A DNA stretch of 64,000 bases from an uncultured Acidobacteriota bacterium (GTDB taxonomy: Bacteria > Acidobacteriota > Vicinamibacteria > Vicinamibacterales > UBA823): contig CAJXDY010000003.1 of the NCBI GenBank assembly GCA_913052135.1, positions 19,004 through 83,003 of the forward strand, written 5' to 3'. Below are positions 29,348-38,983 of this stretch, piece after piece (position 1 is the first letter of the stretch; each line of letters opens with the position of its first letter). The notes below the pieces were generated by a model. That model worked only from the letters and a program-made list of their open reading frames with translations, made no database searches and was not told where the DNA came from. The position numbers and the translations under genes are program-made.

Positions 29348-30739
29348 TTACATCAAAGGACGAGCTAAAAGATCGTAATCTTGTGCACCCACGATTGTAG
29401 CGTCGATTAGTTGGCCAGCTCGTAGGTGTTCTGGGTTGCAGTCTGTCAAGTAAACCACCGAATCGATTTCTGGTGCTTGGCTCGCGAGTCGACCTTGCCA
29501 TACCAATCCATGCTCAGGCGACGGACCGTCAACGAGAATTTTAAACGTCTGACCAACTTGTTCATTAAGCGACTTTGAAACCAGTGTCTTCTGTAACGCC
29601 ATTAGAGTGTGGCGCCGTTGCTGTTTAACTTTTGCAGGAACGTTGTCTGACAAGTTGTGAGCCCGAGTTCCTGTTTCATGTGAATAGGTGAAGACTCCTA
29701 GGTGGTCGAATCGGATCTCTTTAACGAATTCGCATAGGTCTAAGAAGTCTTGCTCAGTTTCGTCTGGAAAACCGACAATGAATGTCGTTCGAATTGCTAC
29801 GTTTGGTATTCGATGACGAATTTTTCGTAACAGACGCTCGTAGCTATGTTGGTTGCCAGGACGGCCCATGTGACGGAGGACGTCAGTTGAGGCATGCTGC
29901 AAAGGCAAATCGATGTAATTGCAGACCTTGTCACAGGCTGCTATCGCATCCAGAGTGTCATCGCCAATAGTTGTAGGATAAAGATATAGAAGCCGAATCC
30001 ATTCCAGTCCATCAACACTGTTAAGTTCCCGCAACAGGCGTGCTAGCGCACCACGCTCGCCACGGTCGACACCATAAAAGGTGGTGTCTTGAGAAATCAA
30101 GATAAGTTCTTTAACACCACGCGAAGCAAATGTGTGAGCTTCCTCGATGATCGAGGCGGCCGGTCGACTTCGGTATCCTCCACGTAACGTTGGGATGATA
30201 CAGAACGCACAGGTGTAGTCGCACCCTTCCGCGATTTTTACATAAGTCAAATGGGAGGGAGTGGTCTGCAGTCTCGGTGTGGTTGCGTCATAGATATAGG
30301 TTGGCCGAGAAGGAGAAGAAGTTCGAGCCGAAATCGAACTAGTTCTGGGACGGCTTCGGTGGAAGGTTGCAACTTCGCCTGATATCTGTTGTCCATTCGG
30401 GTTCAAAGCTTGAGTAATAAGGTCTACTTCGTTAGTTCCGAGCACGGCATCGATTTCCGGGATCTCACGACGAAGTTCTTCTCGGTATCGCTCAGCTAGG
30501 CAACCAGTGACGATCAGACGTTGGCAAGAGCCGGTATCCTTATGTTGTGCCATTGTAAGGATTGCTTCGATGGATTCTTCTTTTGCATCATCGATAAATG
30601 CGCATGTATTTACGATGATGGTGTCAGCTTGCGTTGGATCAGCAGTGATTTCGTGTCCTTCGTTCTGGACCAGCCCCAGCATAACTTCACTGTCGACAAG
30701 GTTCTTTGGACAGCCGAGAGACAAAAATCCAATCTTCAT
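29348..30739 (-). CDS. rimO: Ribosomal protein S12 methylthiotransferase RimO (MiaB-family radical SAM)
   Basis: MKIGFLSLGCPKNLVDSEVMLG is the RimO-type N-terminus. The radical SAM motif is CDYTCAFC and a C-terminal TRAM-like domain is present. Confidence 0.85.
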   Translation of the reverse strand: MKIGFLSLGCPKNLVDSEVMLGLVQNEGHEITADPTQADTIIVNTCAFIDDAKEESIEAILTMAQHKDTGSCQRLIVTGCLAERYREELRREIPEIDAVLGTNEVDLITQALNPNGQQISGEVATFHRSRPRTSSISARTSSPSRPTYIYDATTPRLQTTPSHLTYVKIAEGCDYTCAFCIIPTLRGGYRSRPAASIIEEAHTFASRGVKELILISQDTTFYGVDRGERGALARLLRELNSVDGLEWIRLLYLYPTTIGDDTLDAIAACDKVCNYIDLPLQHASTDVLRHMGRPGNQHSYERLLRKIRHRIPNVAIRTTFIVGFPDETEQDFLDLCEFVKEIRFDHLGVFTYSHETGTRAHNLSDNVPAKVKQQRRHTLMALQKTLVSKSLNEQVGQTFKILVDGPSPEHGLVWQGRLASQAPEIDSVVYLTDCNPEHLRAGQLIDATIVGAQDYDLLARPLM

Positions 30740-30773
30740 ACGAGCGTCCCTATTTTCTTGGATGTTTTGGTCA

Positions 30774-32066
30774 TCATGGATACATCCGGTGCAGCATTCG
30801 AGGATAGGGAATCGCTTCGCGCAGGTGGTCTAGGCCACAGAGCCATGCCACAACCCGTTCAATTCCCATTCCGAAGCCCGAGTGTGGGACTGTTCCGTAA
30901 CGTCGCAGATCTAAATACCACTTGAATGCCTCTTCAGGAAGTTTATGTTTTTGCAACTGTGAGAGCAACTCATCGTAGTCGTCAAGCCGTTGACCACCAC
31001 CAATGATTTCACCATACCCTTCTGGTGCCAGAACATCCATGGATAGCGATAATTTAGGTTGCTCGGGATCAGCCTTCATGTAAAAAGCTTTTACGCTCGC
31101 AGGGTAACGGTGAATGATAACTGGTCGATCGTACTGCTTTGCTAAGATAGTTTCGTCGGTACCACCAAAATCATCTCCCCAAGTCGTTGCCTGACCTTGC
31201 TCAATAAGAATCTCTATTGCTTCGTCATATGTGATACGCGGAAAAGGCAGACTCACCTTGGACAAGGCAGTTATGTCTCTCTCGAGGATCGTGAGTTCTT
31301 GAAGCCTAGTTTCAAGTACGCGACTTACGACAGAAGTGACTAGCTCTTCGGCTAGCACCATCGCATCGTCAAGCGTTGCAAAAGCCATTTCAGGTTCTAC
31401 CATCCAGAATTCAGTTAAGTGGCGTCTGGTTTTTGATTTTTCCGCTCGAAATGTTGGACCGAAGCAGTAGACACGGCCGAGTGCCATAATGTTTGCCTCG
31501 TTGTAGAGTTGACCGCTTTGCGTAAGGTATGCAGTGGTGTCCTCAAAGTATTGAACTGGAAAGAGTGTCGTGGTTCCCTCACATGCTGCTGGCGTAAAAA
31601 TTGGTGTATCAGCCAGTGTGAATCCATGATTATTCAAAAAGTCTCTAATAGCATTCACAACTGTATGTCGTATGCGTAGTGTCGCTTGCTGTCGCTGAGT
31701 TCTGATCCAGAGGTGGCGACGGTCCAGAAGGTAGTCCACACCGTGTTCTTTTGGAGTGATTGGGTAATCATGCGATTCTCCAACGACCTCTAAATTAGAC
31801 ACATCGAGTTCGTAGCCTCCAGGTGCGCGCTGATCAGCTCTAACCGAACCCTTGAGGATTATTGAGCTTTCTTGGCCTAAATGGTCAGCTCGTTCGAACG
31901 CTTCGTCTCCCACTACAGACTTTGACATCACTGCTTGTATAAATCCTGAGCCATCACGCACCGTCAGAAAATGAATCTTTCCGCTTGAACGGCGGTTATG
32001 TAACCAACCATGCACGAGTACCGTTTCCCCTTGGTGCTGAGCCAAATTTTCGATATAAGTGTTCAT
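30774..32066 (-). CDS. asnS: Asparaginyl-tRNA synthetase
   Basis: The N-terminal OB anticodon-binding domain (V.V.GW.HN.R..GK..F...RDGSG.IQ) is followed by class IIb motifs (FRAE.S.T.RHL.EFWM.E.E and GFGMG.ER). The C-terminus is ...[11 protein letters not shown]. Confidence 0.9.
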   Translation of the reverse strand: MNTYIENLAQHQGETVLVHGWLHNRRSSGKIHFLTVRDGSGFIQAVMSKSVVGDEAFERADHLGQESSIILKGSVRADQRAPGGYELDVSNLEVVGESHDYPITPKEHGVDYLLDRRHLWIRTQRQQATLRIRHTVVNAIRDFLNNHGFTLADTPIFTPAACEGTTTLFPVQYFEDTTAYLTQSGQLYNEANIMALGRVYCFGPTFRAEKSKTRRHLTEFWMVEPEMAFATLDDAMVLAEELVTSVVSRVLETRLQELTILERDITALSKVSLPFPRITYDEAIEILIEQGQATTWGDDFGGTDETILAKQYDRPVIIHRYPASVKAFYMKADPEQPKLSLSMDVLAPEGYGEIIGGGQRLDDYDELLSQLQKHKLPEEAFKWYLDLRRYGTVPHSGFGMGIERVVAWLCGLDHLREAIPYPRMLHRMYP

Positions 32067-32070
32067 GGTT

Positions 32071-33102
32071 TTATTTTAGGTCAGACATATAGGTGGAGAG
32101 TACATCATGAAGGCGAGAGAATTTCGAATAATGAAGTAGCGTGTCTCGGACGTAACGTATGGTGCGTGGAATGTACTGAATATAGACAGGATTCCGTCGA
32201 GCCGCTGTCTGATAGCCGAATGTTCCAAGGGCTTTTAAGTTTCTTTGCAACGCCATCGTATCGAATTTACATCGAAATTCAGACAGGTCTTCCCTTATTT
32301 GCATTTTTTCTATGTAACATCCAATCAATCTATTGACCGTGTCCTCTGAAATATCTACGTACGAATCACGTAGCAGAGAACTAAGATCATAGGTCGCGGG
32401 ACCCATTCTGGCATCTTGGAAATCAATCACATAGAGTTGGTTCTGATGAAGCATTAAGTTGCGACTGTGAAAATCTCGATGGCATAGAATACGAGGTTCC
32501 TCGGCAAGCTCTTCAGAAAGCTTGATAAATTCAAGGTTTACCATTTCATGGTGGGCCGGAGGAAGGTGGATCCCTCGATAAGCACCAACGAAGTACTTAA
32601 GAAAGTAGTTTAGTTCCCAAAGAAACTTCTTGGCATCAAATGTCACAGTGAACGGCAATAATGTTGACGTTTGCTTCGAAGGTCGATGTTGTTGCAAAGT
32701 GACTATATGATCGATTGCTTCACCATAGAGTGCTTCATGATCTGTTGCGGGACCTGTACCCACATGCGCTTGCAGTGTCACGTCACCGAGGTCTTCAAGT
32801 GCTAGAATGCCGAGTGCTTCTACGTGTTCAAGAATCTCTGGAACTGGCACGGAGAGATGGTGGAGGAGTTTGCTGACGGTCACAAAAGGTAATGTTTCAT
32901 ACTCAAAACGCTGCTCGTATACAGCTAGAACGAAGGAATTGGTCGTCTTCGGAAAAACTCGGACATACCGTCGATTAGAAGCATCACCAGTCAAAGGGAC
33001 GAAGTCGTCTGATTCAGCGGCTAAGTCACTTCGATCAAGAAATTGGTGCACTCGTTCGTGCCAATCCGGTATGTCAATTTGAGGTGATTTCGCGAATATC
33101 AT
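32071..33102 (-). CDS. amgK: Aminoglycoside-phosphotransferase-fold anomeric sugar kinase (AmgK-like MurNAc/GlcNAc kinase)
   Basis: The kinase catalytic loop is [11 protein letters not shown], followed by [22 protein letters not shown], as I recall for the COG3178/AmgK family. The ATGA overlap with the upstream nucleotidyltransferase reproduces the amgK-murU pairing. Confidence 0.6.
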   Translation of the reverse strand: MIFAKSPQIDIPDWHERVHQFLDRSDLAAESDDFVPLTGDASNRRYVRVFPKTTNSFVLAVYEQRFEYETLPFVTVSKLLHHLSVPVPEILEHVEALGILALEDLGDVTLQAHVGTGPATDHEALYGEAIDHIVTLQQHRPSKQTSTLLPFTVTFDAKKFLWELNYFLKYFVGAYRGIHLPPAHHEMVNLEFIKLSEELAEEPRILCHRDFHSRNLMLHQNQLYVIDFQDARMGPATYDLSSLLRDSYVDISEDTVNRLIGCYIEKMQIREDLSEFRCKFDTMALQRNLKALGTFGYQTAARRNPVYIQYIPRTIRYVRDTLLHYSKFSRLHDVLSTYMSDLK

Positions 33103-34091
33103 GACTTATTACTGTCTTCGGTATCGTTATGCGAAAGCGGTGTGACGAGTAGGTTACCAATCTTTTGCTCAAACGGTTCTTGGCGACGTTCTGTCTTGCC
33201 TGTAATGATGACATTGCGAAAGTTCGAACCATCCGGCACTCTCACACCATCGGTAACGACACAATGGTCGAGTGAACACCTAGCACCGACATGTACGTTA
33301 TCCCAAAGGACAGTTCGGATAACTTGTGTGTCCTGCCCGATCTTAGTTCCAACCCCATGCAGTAGTGATTCCTTGTCCTCGGCTAACGCAAGGGATACCT
33401 CTAGATAATCTTTAGGAGTGCCAATATCGAGAAATTGTTCTGTGATCATATGAACCTGAATAGCGCGAGTGTGTTTTGAGGCCAGCGTTGAATAGATCCC
33501 ACCGATAGTAGAAGCTGGTTCGCCAATTGGTAGCGTTTCAAAAACGGCAGGTTCTACCATCTGTACACCAACGAAATGATACGACGGTGTCGGATCTCCT
33601 GCTGGAACGAAGCGCTGAACCCATCCATCGTGGTCCGTCACGACTCCACCGTAACGTTGCGGGTTTGGGTTCGGCATGACTGCTAGGGTGACGCTGGCTT
33701 GTCGCTGTCGATGGGTCGTCATTAGGTCATGCACATTAACGTTAGTTAATGTGTCGCCATTCACTATAAGAAAGCTTCCGCTACCGAGCAGCGGAAGCGC
33801 CGCTCGTGGTCCGCCAGCTGAACCAAGAATCTTTGGTTCCCAGAGATATCGCACGTGCATTTCCAGATCGCGTCCGTCTCCGACAACGGCGGTGATAGTT
33901 TCTGGAAGGTAGTGTAAGTTTAAACAGACGTTTTGTATCCCTTGGTGTGCTAACCATGCCAGTACATGCCGAATAAACGGCGTGCCTGCAACTGGGACAG
34001 CTGGCTTGGCACGGACGTAAGTGAGTGGGCGTAGTCGAGTCCCAATACCAGCCGTCAAAATGAGTGCATGATCCACTGTTACATTAATCAC
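33099..34091 (-). CDS. murU: Sugar-1-phosphate nucleotidyltransferase (MurU-like N-terminal domain plus left-handed beta-helix C-terminal domain)
   Basis: ALILTAGIGTRLRPLT is the NTP-transferase signature. The C-terminal third has hexapeptide-like repeats (VLWDNVHVGARCSLDHCVVTDGVRVPDGS). GTGA overlap with the CYTH gene and ATGA overlap with the kinase. Confidence 0.6.
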   Translation of the reverse strand: MINVTVDHALILTAGIGTRLRPLTYVRAKPAVPVAGTPFIRHVLAWLAHQGIQNVCLNLHYLPETITAVVGDGRDLEMHVRYLWEPKILGSAGGPRAALPLLGSGSFLIVNGDTLTNVNVHDLMTTHRQRQASVTLAVMPNPNPQRYGGVVTDHDGWVQRFVPAGDPTPSYHFVGVQMVEPAVFETLPIGEPASTIGGIYSTLASKHTRAIQVHMITEQFLDIGTPKDYLEVSLALAEDKESLLHGVGTKIGQDTQVIRTVLWDNVHVGARCSLDHCVVTDGVRVPDGSNFRNVIITGKTERRQEPFEQKIGNLLVTPLSHNDTEDSNKS

Positions 34092-34648
34092 TGTAGGTTG
34101 CCGAACAACATATGAGTATCTTCAAGATGGCTAGACTCACAATGTTGGATGAACAAAGTATGGTACGACTTAGTGACATAATCAGAAGGAGTGCGGCCTA
34201 ATCGGTCAGCAGCCATATGGATACTGTTTTCTGTTCCTTCCAATTCGACAAATGTTCCTATTGGTGTCTCATCTAGCGCAATTATTACATCCTTCCAATT
34301 GAATTCTTCTCGATACTTCTCGTATCGAAATGCAACATGAAAGCCCACTCGTTCGAGCACGCGCAGCAAGGCTGAGCCATCTTCCACAGTAAGCTCTATT
34401 TCTTCACGAAGCTTCATGGTAGATGATTGAGGTGGTCCCTTGAATGTTAATCGGCTTTCACGTGGTTCGATGCGAACGCGCAACACCGAGCAATCTTGAT
34501 GCAATGTCTGTTTCGATGTATCTAGGACGTGATCACGTTGTAATCGACGCGGCCGTACAGGTGTCGCGCCAATTGACAGGATTACTGACTTGGCTTCGAT
34601 TGGTGACGCAAAACGCAACTTGATCTCGCGTTCGAGTGACGTGGACAC
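34088..34648 (-). CDS. CYTH-domain protein (class IV adenylate cyclase / triphosphatase fold)
   Basis: The N-terminal EREIKLRF is the ExExK CYTH motif. The size is about 186 aa and the pattern ...FVELEG... is typical of CyaB/ThTPase-like proteins. Confidence 0.7.
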   Translation of the reverse strand: MSTSLEREIKLRFASPIEAKSVILSIGATPVRPRRLQRDHVLDTSKQTLHQDCSVLRVRIEPRESRLTFKGPPQSSTMKLREEIELTVEDGSALLRVLERVGFHVAFRYEKYREEFNWKDVIIALDETPIGTFVELEGTENSIHMAADRLGRTPSDYVTKSYHTLFIQHCESSHLEDTHMLFGNLQ

Positions 34649-34794
34649 AGTTCTTTTGTGGTTGATTCTAGACTCTTGAATTATAGCGAGATTGGTCGGC
34701 GTCTGCCACGCTACCTCACTAGTCGCAGGATGAACTAGTTAGAACGTTTGGTAGGGTTGATCCATAAAAACGGTTCTTCCAACATTTTCGTAAA

Positions 34795-35955
34795 TTAAGT
34801 CAGGCGTGTTTGATAGGAGCATCCTTGGAGCGGGGGTGAGCCAACCTGCTTACCGAAGAGTAGAACTTTGTGTGTGCTGCCCAGTCCACCCGGCATTAGA
34901 AGGGTACGAGCGGCAAGACGACGCTTGAGACCTACTCTTTCATCGACTTCTTGTCGCAGATGTTCTACCGCACCAAGACCGAGAAGAAAATAGGTCTGAT
35001 CGAGTACTCCAAGTGTGCTTAGATCTGTTTCTTCGGCGGCGGTTCTGATCGACGTCAAATCGATATGGCTTGTGAGATCCCATTCGCCAGGTTCATTGAG
35101 CCAGTCGAATTGAGATGCGGAACTTTCATTTTTAGACGCGGCCGGTTGGATGGTGAGATGTTGCTGTTGTGCAGTAAAAGTACCGTTAACACTTTCGGTG
35201 GCGAACAATTCCTGGGCCAACTTACCGTAATCGATGAGAATGATAAATCCATGCTCTAGGCTTGATGACGCATTCCGGATCCAATCAAGGGCATGTAAAT
35301 TTACTTCGGCTTGTCCATGCAGTGGCAACTGCGTTCCCAGACGTTGGAAGTAATCGTCTAGGGCTGGGGTCGATAGCGGACCGAGGCGTTCAATTAGCTT
35401 GCCGTTCTCGGCGTCGATGTAGGTTTCTCTAAGTCCTTTAAAAGTCATGGTGATGCGATGGGTGGGGAAGGCGTCGAGCAGTTCATTAGCAAAGATGACG
35501 CCTTGAGAAACATTTGGCAACGTATCACTACTTGTCACCAATTTTCTTACATGTTGACCCAGGTTCTCTTCGTGTTTAGCGCGTGCTTGAGAACTCCGCT
35601 CAATAAGGTGCAATCGAATGGAATCGTAAAATCCAGTCTCCATTGTGGCCGCAGCATCGAGGATGTCATGAGCGAGGCGAGCGTTACCAGCTCCGACTTC
35701 AACCAGATTAAACCCGTCAGTGTTTGTCGTTGAAGTGATCAGCTGCCACATTTCGGCTAGCTGCACCGCGATCAATTCACCAAACAGTGGTCCAACGTCT
35801 ACACTGGTATAAAAATCCCCCGTGCGACCGGAGCGTTGTTCGTTGCGAGCATAATAGCCACCGGTTTGGTGATAGAGTGCCGCTTCCATGTACTCCGCAA
35901 AGGTCAGCGGGCCTTCTGTGCGGATCTGCGCAATGATTAGATCGCGGAGGAGCAT
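34795..35955 (-). CDS. SAM-dependent methyltransferase, DUF185/MidA (NDUFAF7-like) family
   Basis: GPLTFAEYMEAALYH...GYY, FYTS..V...FGELIA and LVEVGAGNARLAHDIL are MidA-family motifs. The track start at 36018 would overlap htrA by 46 nt, so I prefer ATG 35955 (MLLRDLI...). Confidence 0.7.
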   Translation of the reverse strand: MLLRDLIIAQIRTEGPLTFAEYMEAALYHQTGGYYARNEQRSGRTGDFYTSVDVGPLFGELIAVQLAEMWQLITSTTNTDGFNLVEVGAGNARLAHDILDAAATMETGFYDSIRLHLIERSSQARAKHEENLGQHVRKLVTSSDTLPNVSQGVIFANELLDAFPTHRITMTFKGLRETYIDAENGKLIERLGPLSTPALDDYFQRLGTQLPLHGQAEVNLHALDWIRNASSSLEHGFIILIDYGKLAQELFATESVNGTFTAQQQHLTIQPAASKNESSASQFDWLNEPGEWDLTSHIDLTSIRTAAEETDLSTLGVLDQTYFLLGLGAVEHLRQEVDERVGLKRRLAARTLLMPGGLGSTHKVLLFGKQVGSPPLQGCSYQTRLT

Positions 35956-35972
35956 GGACACGAGTAAGCCGG

Positions 35973-37475
35973 TTACTCCTTGGTGACTTGGAGGAATACC
36001 TCCGCTCCCGTCCGCCACACTAGGAACAGTGCGGTCTGTCCTGATTCAACTTCGCGTAACATGCTGGTTGCCTCAGTTGCTTGTGTGATTTCCGTGCGGT
36101 TGATTTCAAGAATAATGTCACCGCGTTGAATTCCGCCACGAGCGGCTGCACCCCGGTCCTGGAGAGCGCTAACCACTGCGCCACTTATGTCAGATGGTGT
36201 ACGTAAGCGGCGAGACAATTGTCCAGTGAGATCGGTCAATGTCATACCAAAGCCTGTGTCTAGGTTTTCGGTGCGTGCGCTACGGTCTTGTCCTTCGTTT
36301 TCCAGATCCAGTTCTGCAATAGTGATCTCTAATGTCGTGCGTTCTCGGTCACGTACGATTGTTACCGGTACCGTTGTATCGGGTGGCGTCTTGACCACTT
36401 TATTTTGTAGATCGCTCGTATCTTCAACCGTTTCACCGTTGAATTCAACGATTACGTCACCAGGTTGGAGACCTCCACGGGATGCCGGACCACCGGGCTC
36501 GACGCTGGAGACAACAGCACCACGACGATCAGACAACCCAAAAGCTTCGACGGCTTCTTGTTGGACTCGGGTGATTTGAATGCCGATCCGCCCTCTCGTC
36601 ACCTTTCCTTCACGTAATTGTGGTAACAACTCGCGGACAACATTAATTGGGATTGCGAATCCAATGCCAAGATTACTCGCTCGGTTGGATACGATTGCTG
36701 TGTTAATTCCGATGACTTCACCGCGGATATTAAGGAGTGGGCCACCTGAGTTACCTGGATTAATGGCCGCATCTGTCTGTAAAACATCCTGACTTCGTCC
36801 TTCTGCCACCGGAAATGGTCGTCCGATCGCACTTATAACGCCGACGGTAACGGTGTGCGCCAAGTTAAATGGATTCCCAATTGCCATAACCCAATCGCCT
36901 GGTTCCATTTGATCAGAGTCCCCGAATTTTGCTACCGACAGATCGCGGTTAGGGAGTTCAACCAACTTGATTAACGCGCTATCGCTTAATTGATCGCGGC
37001 CAATGATTTCCGCCTCGAAAAATTCACCTGCTTCACCTTCAAAGAATCCCACCTGAATTCTGGTTGCATCTTCAACAACGTGGTTGTTTGTCAGAATAAA
37101 ACCTTCATCATCAATTAAGAAGCCGGTGCCAGCACCTTCCGTGACTTCTTCTTCAGGTTGCGGACGTTGTTCTGGGGTGCCAAAGAATCGGCGTAGGAGG
37201 TCGTCTCCGCCAAAAAAATCTGTTAATTCCTGAGTGCGTCTTCTCGATTCAGTGCGAATATTAACGACCATCGGCGTTTGTGCTTTAGCGATTGCACGAA
37301 ATGTATTGGCATCGATGGTACCAACGATCGGATTACTGTTCATCGGTGGGGCAGTGGACGTTTGCGCCGATGATGATGACGACAAGTCGAGTCGAGATGT
37401 GATGACCATACCGATAGCCATCGATACCACTCCAACTAACACCATGGAATAAAAAGTTGTTTTTCGCGCTGACAT
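35973..37475 (-). CDS. htrA: Periplasmic serine endoprotease HtrA/DegP/DegQ family with two PDZ domains
   Basis: An N-terminal TM/signal segment is followed by the trypsin-like core with ...TNNHVV..., D.AL+K and GNSGGPLLN. Two PDZ-like regions follow (GL.PGDVIVEFNG and GI.RGDIILEINR). Confidence 0.9.
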   Translation of the reverse strand: MSARKTTFYSMVLVGVVSMAIGMVITSRLDLSSSSSAQTSTAPPMNSNPIVGTIDANTFRAIAKAQTPMVVNIRTESRRRTQELTDFFGGDDLLRRFFGTPEQRPQPEEEVTEGAGTGFLIDDEGFILTNNHVVEDATRIQVGFFEGEAGEFFEAEIIGRDQLSDSALIKLVELPNRDLSVAKFGDSDQMEPGDWVMAIGNPFNLAHTVTVGVISAIGRPFPVAEGRSQDVLQTDAAINPGNSGGPLLNIRGEVIGINTAIVSNRASNLGIGFAIPINVVRELLPQLREGKVTRGRIGIQITRVQQEAVEAFGLSDRRGAVVSSVEPGGPASRGGLQPGDVIVEFNGETVEDTSDLQNKVVKTPPDTTVPVTIVRDRERTTLEITIAELDLENEGQDRSARTENLDTGFGMTLTDLTGQLSRRLRTPSDISGAVVSALQDRGAAARGGIQRGDIILEINRTEITQATEATSMLREVESGQTALFLVWRTGAEVFLQVTKE

Positions 37476-37527
37476 CTATTTCCTCCCGCTTGGGGTCAGA
37501 ACCATACTTCTATTCTCTTACAGTTTC

Positions 37528-38712
37528 TTACTCCGCGAGTGCCACAACCGTTGTCTGAAGCGGCCCAGTGACTGTTGCGTCGTTCTCACTAACGTACATA
37601 TTAATTTCGGTCCGTACGCCGAATGATTCAAAGTAGACTCCCGGTTCGATTGTAAAGCCCGTTCCGGGTAAGATTCGGCGCTCATCACGAGTTTCATAAT
37701 TATCTAGGTGGACGCCATTTCCATGGACTTCTTCACCTAGGCTATGACCAGTTCGATGGAGAATTCGGTCACCGTAACCAGCACGGTCAATGGCACGACG
37801 AGTGATTTGATCAATTTCCCATCCGCGAAGATCGCGACCCTTCTGAACTGCCGATTGTACCGTACTTACTGCTTCGTCACGTGCGAGTCTGATAGCCTCG
37901 AAGGCTCGGCAAATCGCATCTGGGGGTTGTGCCCCAACATAACCAACCCAAGTGATATCGGCGAAGACCGCACCAGGCTCATCGAGTTTGCCCCAGAGAT
38001 CGAGCAACACAACTTGGTCTCGACAGATAGCCCGAGACGAAGTAGCTGTTGGCATATAGTGTGGGCTCGCTGAGTGCTCCTGCGTCGCTACGACTGGAGC
38101 TGAATCACTGATTAGTCCCTCTTCCTGGAACCAGGCAACCATTTGTTGTTGGATTTCATATTCTGTCGGTTTATGGCCATCTCGAATGGCCTTCCGAATT
38201 GTTTCAAAAGTCCGATCTTTGATGCGGTATAAGCGCTCGGAGGCTGCTTGATGTTGCGTCAGCATCTTGGCGTCCCAGCTGGCTTCAAAACGTTGCACTA
38301 AGTCGCCTGATGAGGAGACGTTGATTCCGAGACGTCGCAGGAGGTCAATTGTGCCGGCATCGACCCGGGAAATATACGGGATCGCACATTCTGGCGAGTA
38401 TTCCATTGCGACGTGACGGCAACTACCCAGTAAAATCTTGAGTTGCTTTTCAAGAGTTTCTCGTTCGAGGTAGATGAATTTCTCTCCAGGCAATGCATCA
38501 AGCGTGTGGCGTTCTATCGCGTGCACAAGGCCACGTGGCTGGCCCGTAGCAGGAATTAAGTAGTACCATCGTCGGCTCGCGAGGATATTTTCATAACTCA
38601 GCCCAGCTAAGCGTTTAGCGATCGGATTCGATCCATTGAAATCGTACAGAAGCCAACCATCCAGCTGATCTGCGCGCAATGCAGCTTGAATTGCTTGAAT
38701 GTCCAACTGCAT
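37528..38712 (-). CDS. M24 family metallopeptidase (Xaa-Pro aminopeptidase-like)
   Basis: The pita-bread fold metal ligand regions are present: DLWGK...ADITW, HRTGHSLGEEVHG, FTIEPG and EINMYV. Confidence 0.75.
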   Translation of the reverse strand: MQLDIQAIQAALRADQLDGWLLYDFNGSNPIAKRLAGLSYENILASRRWYYLIPATGQPRGLVHAIERHTLDALPGEKFIYLERETLEKQLKILLGSCRHVAMEYSPECAIPYISRVDAGTIDLLRRLGINVSSSGDLVQRFEASWDAKMLTQHQAASERLYRIKDRTFETIRKAIRDGHKPTEYEIQQQMVAWFQEEGLISDSAPVVATQEHSASPHYMPTATSSRAICRDQVVLLDLWGKLDEPGAVFADITWVGYVGAQPPDAICRAFEAIRLARDEAVSTVQSAVQKGRDLRGWEIDQITRRAIDRAGYGDRILHRTGHSLGEEVHGNGVHLDNYETRDERRILPGTGFTIEPGVYFESFGVRTEINMYVSENDATVTGPLQTTVVALAE

Positions 38713-38983
38713 AGTATCCAGTATAGCAGCGCCTTTCAGTAGTTATGACTCCCCTAATTGAGAAGTAGTTCGTACTTTTTTCAAAAAAATATCCTCAATG
38801 ACATTTTTAGGTGATTTAGCTCGACCAATTTACCGATCTGACGGTCTGATATAGGTGTAGGTGAACTTCGTCACCGAAGTTCTATAATGGAGGCAGACTT
38901 TAGATTTCGCGACGTGCCAAGTTGTATCAGTAGTTGCTGTATTTGTGAGAGTTAGTCATCATTTTTGTATATGGAGTTTGCTC

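Noticed and set aside
29268-29501. A 77-aa minus-strand ORF spanning the rimO 3' end and the terminator.
   Set aside because: It overlaps rimO out of frame and runs through the terminator palindrome, so it is an ORF-finder artefact.
38863-38888. Hairpin GAACTTCG-tcac-CGAAGTTC immediately followed by TATAAT, as a promoter/operator for the VWFA gene.
   Set aside because: There is no acceptable -35 at 16-19 nt. A single -10-like hexamer in an AT-rich spacer is expected by chance. I kept it only as a note.
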